A stretch of DNA of 64,000 nt. Origin: the human T2T-CHM13v2.0 reference genome, Homo sapiens. The notes beneath the pieces are model-generated. The model made no database searches, had not been told where the DNA came from, and saw nothing but the letters and a program-made list of their open reading frames with translations. Of the stretch, positions 59,911 through 64,000 are shown in pieces; within the stretch, counting starts at the first letter, position 1; each line of letters opens with the position of its first letter. A program made the position numbers and the translations under genes. The stretch lies in assembly GCF_009914755.1 (NCBI RefSeq), contig NC_060925.1, one strand, 5' to 3'.

Positions 59911-61439
59911 GTGGCTATTGAATGGGACAGCACAGTCTAGAAGATACATGTCCCTGTCCTGTGAAACAGCAATGCTGTGAATGTCTCAATTACTCTCAAT
60001 GATTTCATGCTATAATACTAACCACACTTCTTGTAGTAAAGCCCCATGAACAGAAAATTCTCCTCTTGATAAAACAATTGAATTTTGAAAAAATAATGTT
60101 TAACACTCTCTAACCGCTTCTGATTTGAAGTAGTCACACTACATTTTACATCGCAATTAACTTTCCCAACCCATCCCAGGAGTTTTATTAAAGACCATCT
60201 CAAGGGACTTCTTAGGCTGGGCTCTAAGCCAAGTCTTCCATGTGCCTGTCGCCACACCCACCCCACTGGGTGCTAATGAGAATTGGCACAGCTGGAGATC
60301 TCACATCATCACAGCAGGAGGCAAAGGCTTCTTCTCCTCTTCTCAATCCCTCAATCCCACTGTAGGAAGAATCTTGAGAAGGATATTTTTGTCACAGATC
60401 AGACTATGGTCCAGGGTCGAAAGCTTTTTGGTGTGACACTGAATTTCTTGGACCCACTAGACTGCAAATTTGCTTTCTGAAGCTGGGTCTAAATCCACAG
60501 GGAGCCATTTCTGGAATGTGAAGACAGTTATTCTGATATTTTCTAAGTTTAGTGGTCCATCTAAGGCAGGAGGTCATCTGAAGTCACACCAAGGGGAAAG
60601 GGACAATATTGTGGCTCTCTGTATAAATGTCGTTTCTTCCCCACATTGTACTAGCATGCTTGGGGAAAAAACAAACTCTCAAGAAAGAAGTTTTTGTCTT
60701 AATGAATGAGGTCACTTCTCTCTTTAGACACTCAGAGGAGTGAGGCTTCCAAAGTCAGATTATGGCTTTCAAAGCCAAGGAAATAAGAAATGCTAAATTC
60801 AATCTTTGGCTCTACTGGCCAACCAAGCCAGCTTTCAAATGATATCATTTTGCTTTGGGCCATCTAGTGAAAAAAAGCCAGGCACTGTTTTCCTTGCTTG
60901 ACATATATCATGGATGAAACTGACAAAAATCCCATCCTCATGATGCCTACATTCCAGTGGAGGGCACAGAGAATAAACAAATAATAAAAGATATATTAAG
61001 AGTAAAAAATTACTGTAAAAATAAACAAAAGGACATAGCAAATGCAAGGAGATAGGGCATGGCTCTTCATTTCTTTCTGAAACATATTTATGTAGTACCG
61101 ACTATCTGCTAGGCCCTGTGTTACGTTAGGAACTGTGAAAGGATAAAATGATGAATTAGACATAGCTCCTACCCTCAAGGATTTTTTGCCTAACATCGCC
61201 ATTTATATTTTTTGTATATTTTCCATATTTTAAAGAATTTTTTGAAAGCTGAGAATCCCATCTTGCATTTTCTTATTCTCTAAGAATATTTAGGATGTAT
61301 TATATGGTGTTGTTTAGTCAAATTTTATGTTGAAAAAATAAATGAATAAATGAATGATGTGGATGTAGGCGTAAGGAGGGTGTTGCTATGAGCCTAATCA
61401 TACCATTTCTTGGCATAATAGAAAAAAAGCAACAAATTA

Positions 61440-61640
61440 AAAACTATGGAATCTGGGTTCTCTATCCCCTGTAGCTTACTATGCGACCTCAGACATATCG
61501 TTAATGTCTTTGAACTTAAGTTTCTCCATCTGTAAAATGGGACTTATATTCGTTGCTAAATACAGAGGTTATGAAGAGCAAATGTGAAAGTGCTTTGTAA
61601 ATGCTAATGCTCTACGCAAAGTTAAGAGATTATTATGTGT
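61440..61640 (+). mobile_element. MIR
   Basis: agtttctccatctgtaaaatggg...aatgtgaaagtgctttgtaaat. Confidence 0.75.
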
Positions 61641-62664
61641 GCTAATGCATCCCTTCATTGGTGTGGCTAATTGAATATCAACTCTGCTAAAGGAAATTAA
61701 AATTAAACAGGATGTATTGGACAATCCAATGCAGAAACTCAGCATGGCAGGAGTTTGCATTAAGCCAAACATAGCAAGAGAGAGACCCCGTCGGAGAAAA
61801 GCAGTTAGATTTTGCTGCTAATTAGTACTTTTCCTTCAGGAGGTGGAATCTTCTCTTTCTTTTACAGATCAAATTACTCATGTACCCCTATAAAAAGCAT
61901 GTCAAAGTCAAAAGTGCAAGCAGTCCCAGTGCAATTTGCAGTGGGAATAGCTGCAGTGAACAGTTAGCACACCATTAATTCTCAATTAAGTGTCAATTTG
62001 CACATTGCTGGGAAACAATTGCAAATTCTTTGTTTCTCCCCTTAAAGATGTCATTTGAATCTAGGAGAGCCAAAATCTAGTGGGGAGGGATAGATAAAGA
62101 CAACTAGAGATGAAATCAGGTTGTGCCAAATACCAAAAAGGAATCTCTCACATTACCAACTAGCTGAGTCCCTTCCTGTCAGCAAATAAGACATAGTGGT
62201 ATGGTAGATGTTTATCATAATCTGAATTGGCAAGAGAAAAACTCAATTCTAATTACAAGTTTGTAGTTGAGAAATTCTCTGATCAACCCGAAGCAAGAAA
62301 TTGAGAATTTCTACTGCAGAGAGGAATGTATTCTTTTCTGGCATGACCAATTTTCTATATAAACCTTAGTGCTTCAGCTGCCCAAGAGTTCAGTTTTAGA
62401 AACTGTCTAAAGTTACAGAAAATTATTTGCTTTTTGGGGCAAAGAATCCAGTAGCAGCAATATCTCCATTTATTTTGCTAATAAGACCTGTGTTTCTAAA
62501 TAGATTCAAAAAAAGCTTAACATGATGGATGCAACCAGGTCCCCAAATCAGTGAAACTCTCATTCCAAATGCATTCAGCATTTATCAAGAATTTTCATGC
62601 ACCCATAATTTATTGCATCTCTGCTTTGTGCGTAGAATTGAAGGGTGGAAGAGAAATATAGGTC

Positions 62665-62890
62665 TGACTTTGAGGGGCTGAGCCAAGAGGACTGAAGACA
62701 GGAATTCAAGACCAGCCTGGGCAGTATAGTGAGACTTCGTCTCTACAAAAAGTTGTTTTAAAATGCTACTTGGTAAGGCTGATGTAGGAGGATCGCTTGA
62801 GTCCAGAAGGTTGAGGCTGCAGTGAGCCATGATTCTGCCATTACACCCCAGCCTGGGCAACAGAGCGAGACCTCATCTCTAAAAAAGAGA
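62665..62890 (+). mobile_element. AluJ, 5'-truncated with internal deletion
   Basis: ggaggatcgcttgagtcc...gaggctgcagtgagccatgat J-type diagnostics; start of the right arm missing. Confidence 0.85.
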
Positions 62891-64000
62891 AATCTAAGTC
62901 TACTTTCCAATAGCTTAAAATTTCAATTGGACAGGAAATACACAGGTGCATGATGAACTTGGGTCCCTGGCAAGGGGATATATCACTTAGTTAGGTGTTG
63001 GATGGTGCCCGTAAAATGCCAGCAGCAAAAGCAGTAGGTGTGTGCTAAGCCTAATACAAATATCCCTGAGTTAGAGGGAAGTCGAGCAGAATTGCCAAAT
63101 GCTTAGGACTGCTTTTTGCCATCTTCAGTCACCTCACTGGTTTTCCTAGGCACTTCTCCTTGATATAGTTTTGTCAGATATGTGTTTGGGACCTCCTAGC
63201 TTCTGCTCTCATCATCTTCTAATTAACTTCTGATACCAGATCTTTGCTTTTTCTCATGCTGCTTGCTATTCACTTGCCTCATGGATTGAATCTTATAATA
63301 CCTGCCAATTCTGTTTCCTCATACTGTGAATGCCTAGATTTCATTTTGCATAGAGCTGGACACCACATTCTGGAAGCATTTTCATTTCATAAAAATTTAG
63401 GTTTATGACATAGCAGGGAGAGCCCAATATTAGGGTAAGGTGGCCCCTCAAGGTCATTCTGGACATTGTAAGTCGGCCCTTCCTTGTGTTATTCCAGGGT
63501 GTAAACGGGATGGCATCCATTTGATTTTCATTATTCTGGGACAAAGTTGCTTCCGCCTTCCTTTAATTAGGAAGTCCTGCAAAGAATATCATGAGTCGCT
63601 CTCAATCCCAACCAGCTGGGTATTTTAAACACCAAGCACATTACTCTTCCTCTGGGACAGGTAAGCATTTCTAACCTGCCTTTAAACAAACATAATAGTA
63701 AAAAGATAGATACCGTGGAGCAATGAACAGACTTGAGAATTTATGCTCAGCTATTTATCTTAGTTTTACTGAAGCTATGGGGCCTGAGACAACTCAGGAA
63801 ACATATGTACAAGATAAAAACACACATCAAATAACTCCGTAACTAGTGGATAATTGATTAAAATAAAGCCACCTGCATAAATCAATAGGTCCTAATCACG
63901 ATATTTGTTTTTACAGATTTCTTTGTAGTCAATTAGGACTGCCCATTAAAGTGGCAGAATAAGCACAGTGCCTGCTGCTATGATGTGATGGGCCGTGGGA

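Larger units (their letters stand above)
59020..59935. mobile_element. Charlie1/MER33-family element split by a MaLR LTR
   Basis: gtgagccacatttataatttcaaaattt...tagtcacatgtgattag|LTR|gtggctattgaatgggacagcacag. Confidence 0.7.

Overview
Primate (human-like) non-genic DNA, roughly two-thirds transposable-element derived. No host protein-coding exon can be supported. Main contents: a complete but internally deleted HERV-H provirus (LTR7-int-LTR7, 626-5847, 5-bp TSD CTTTG, tRNA-His PBS, intact leader splice donor); a truncated MER4-type provirus; an internally deleted MLT2/ERV-L element; a full-length L1PB1-like element (28.2-34.6 kb); a mosaic of older L1M fragments; and a full-length young L1PA2-like element (49432-55473). 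That L1PA2-like copy has an open ORF1 carrying R220G, an intact antisense ORF0 and a broken ORF2. There are also five Alus, MaLR LTRs, hAT/Tigger MITEs, L2/MIR relics and a ~600-bp polypyrimidine tract. The best unexplained signals are: (i) a 25-nt exact tRNA-Glu(TTC) 5' fragment inserted in a MaLR LTR between 9-bp direct repeats and beside a perfect 16-bp palindrome; (ii) a 69-bp near-identical tract shared by two otherwise diverged L1MC fragments; (iii) several snap-back hairpins at rearrangement scars; (iv) repeat-free, homeodomain/POU/SOX/RBPJ-motif-rich islands that look like enhancers; (v) two retroelement promoters that both point along the + strand. I cannot support a wholly new biological system from sequence alone. 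Subfamily names come from recalled consensus sequences, not from a search, and boundaries of old repeats are approximate.
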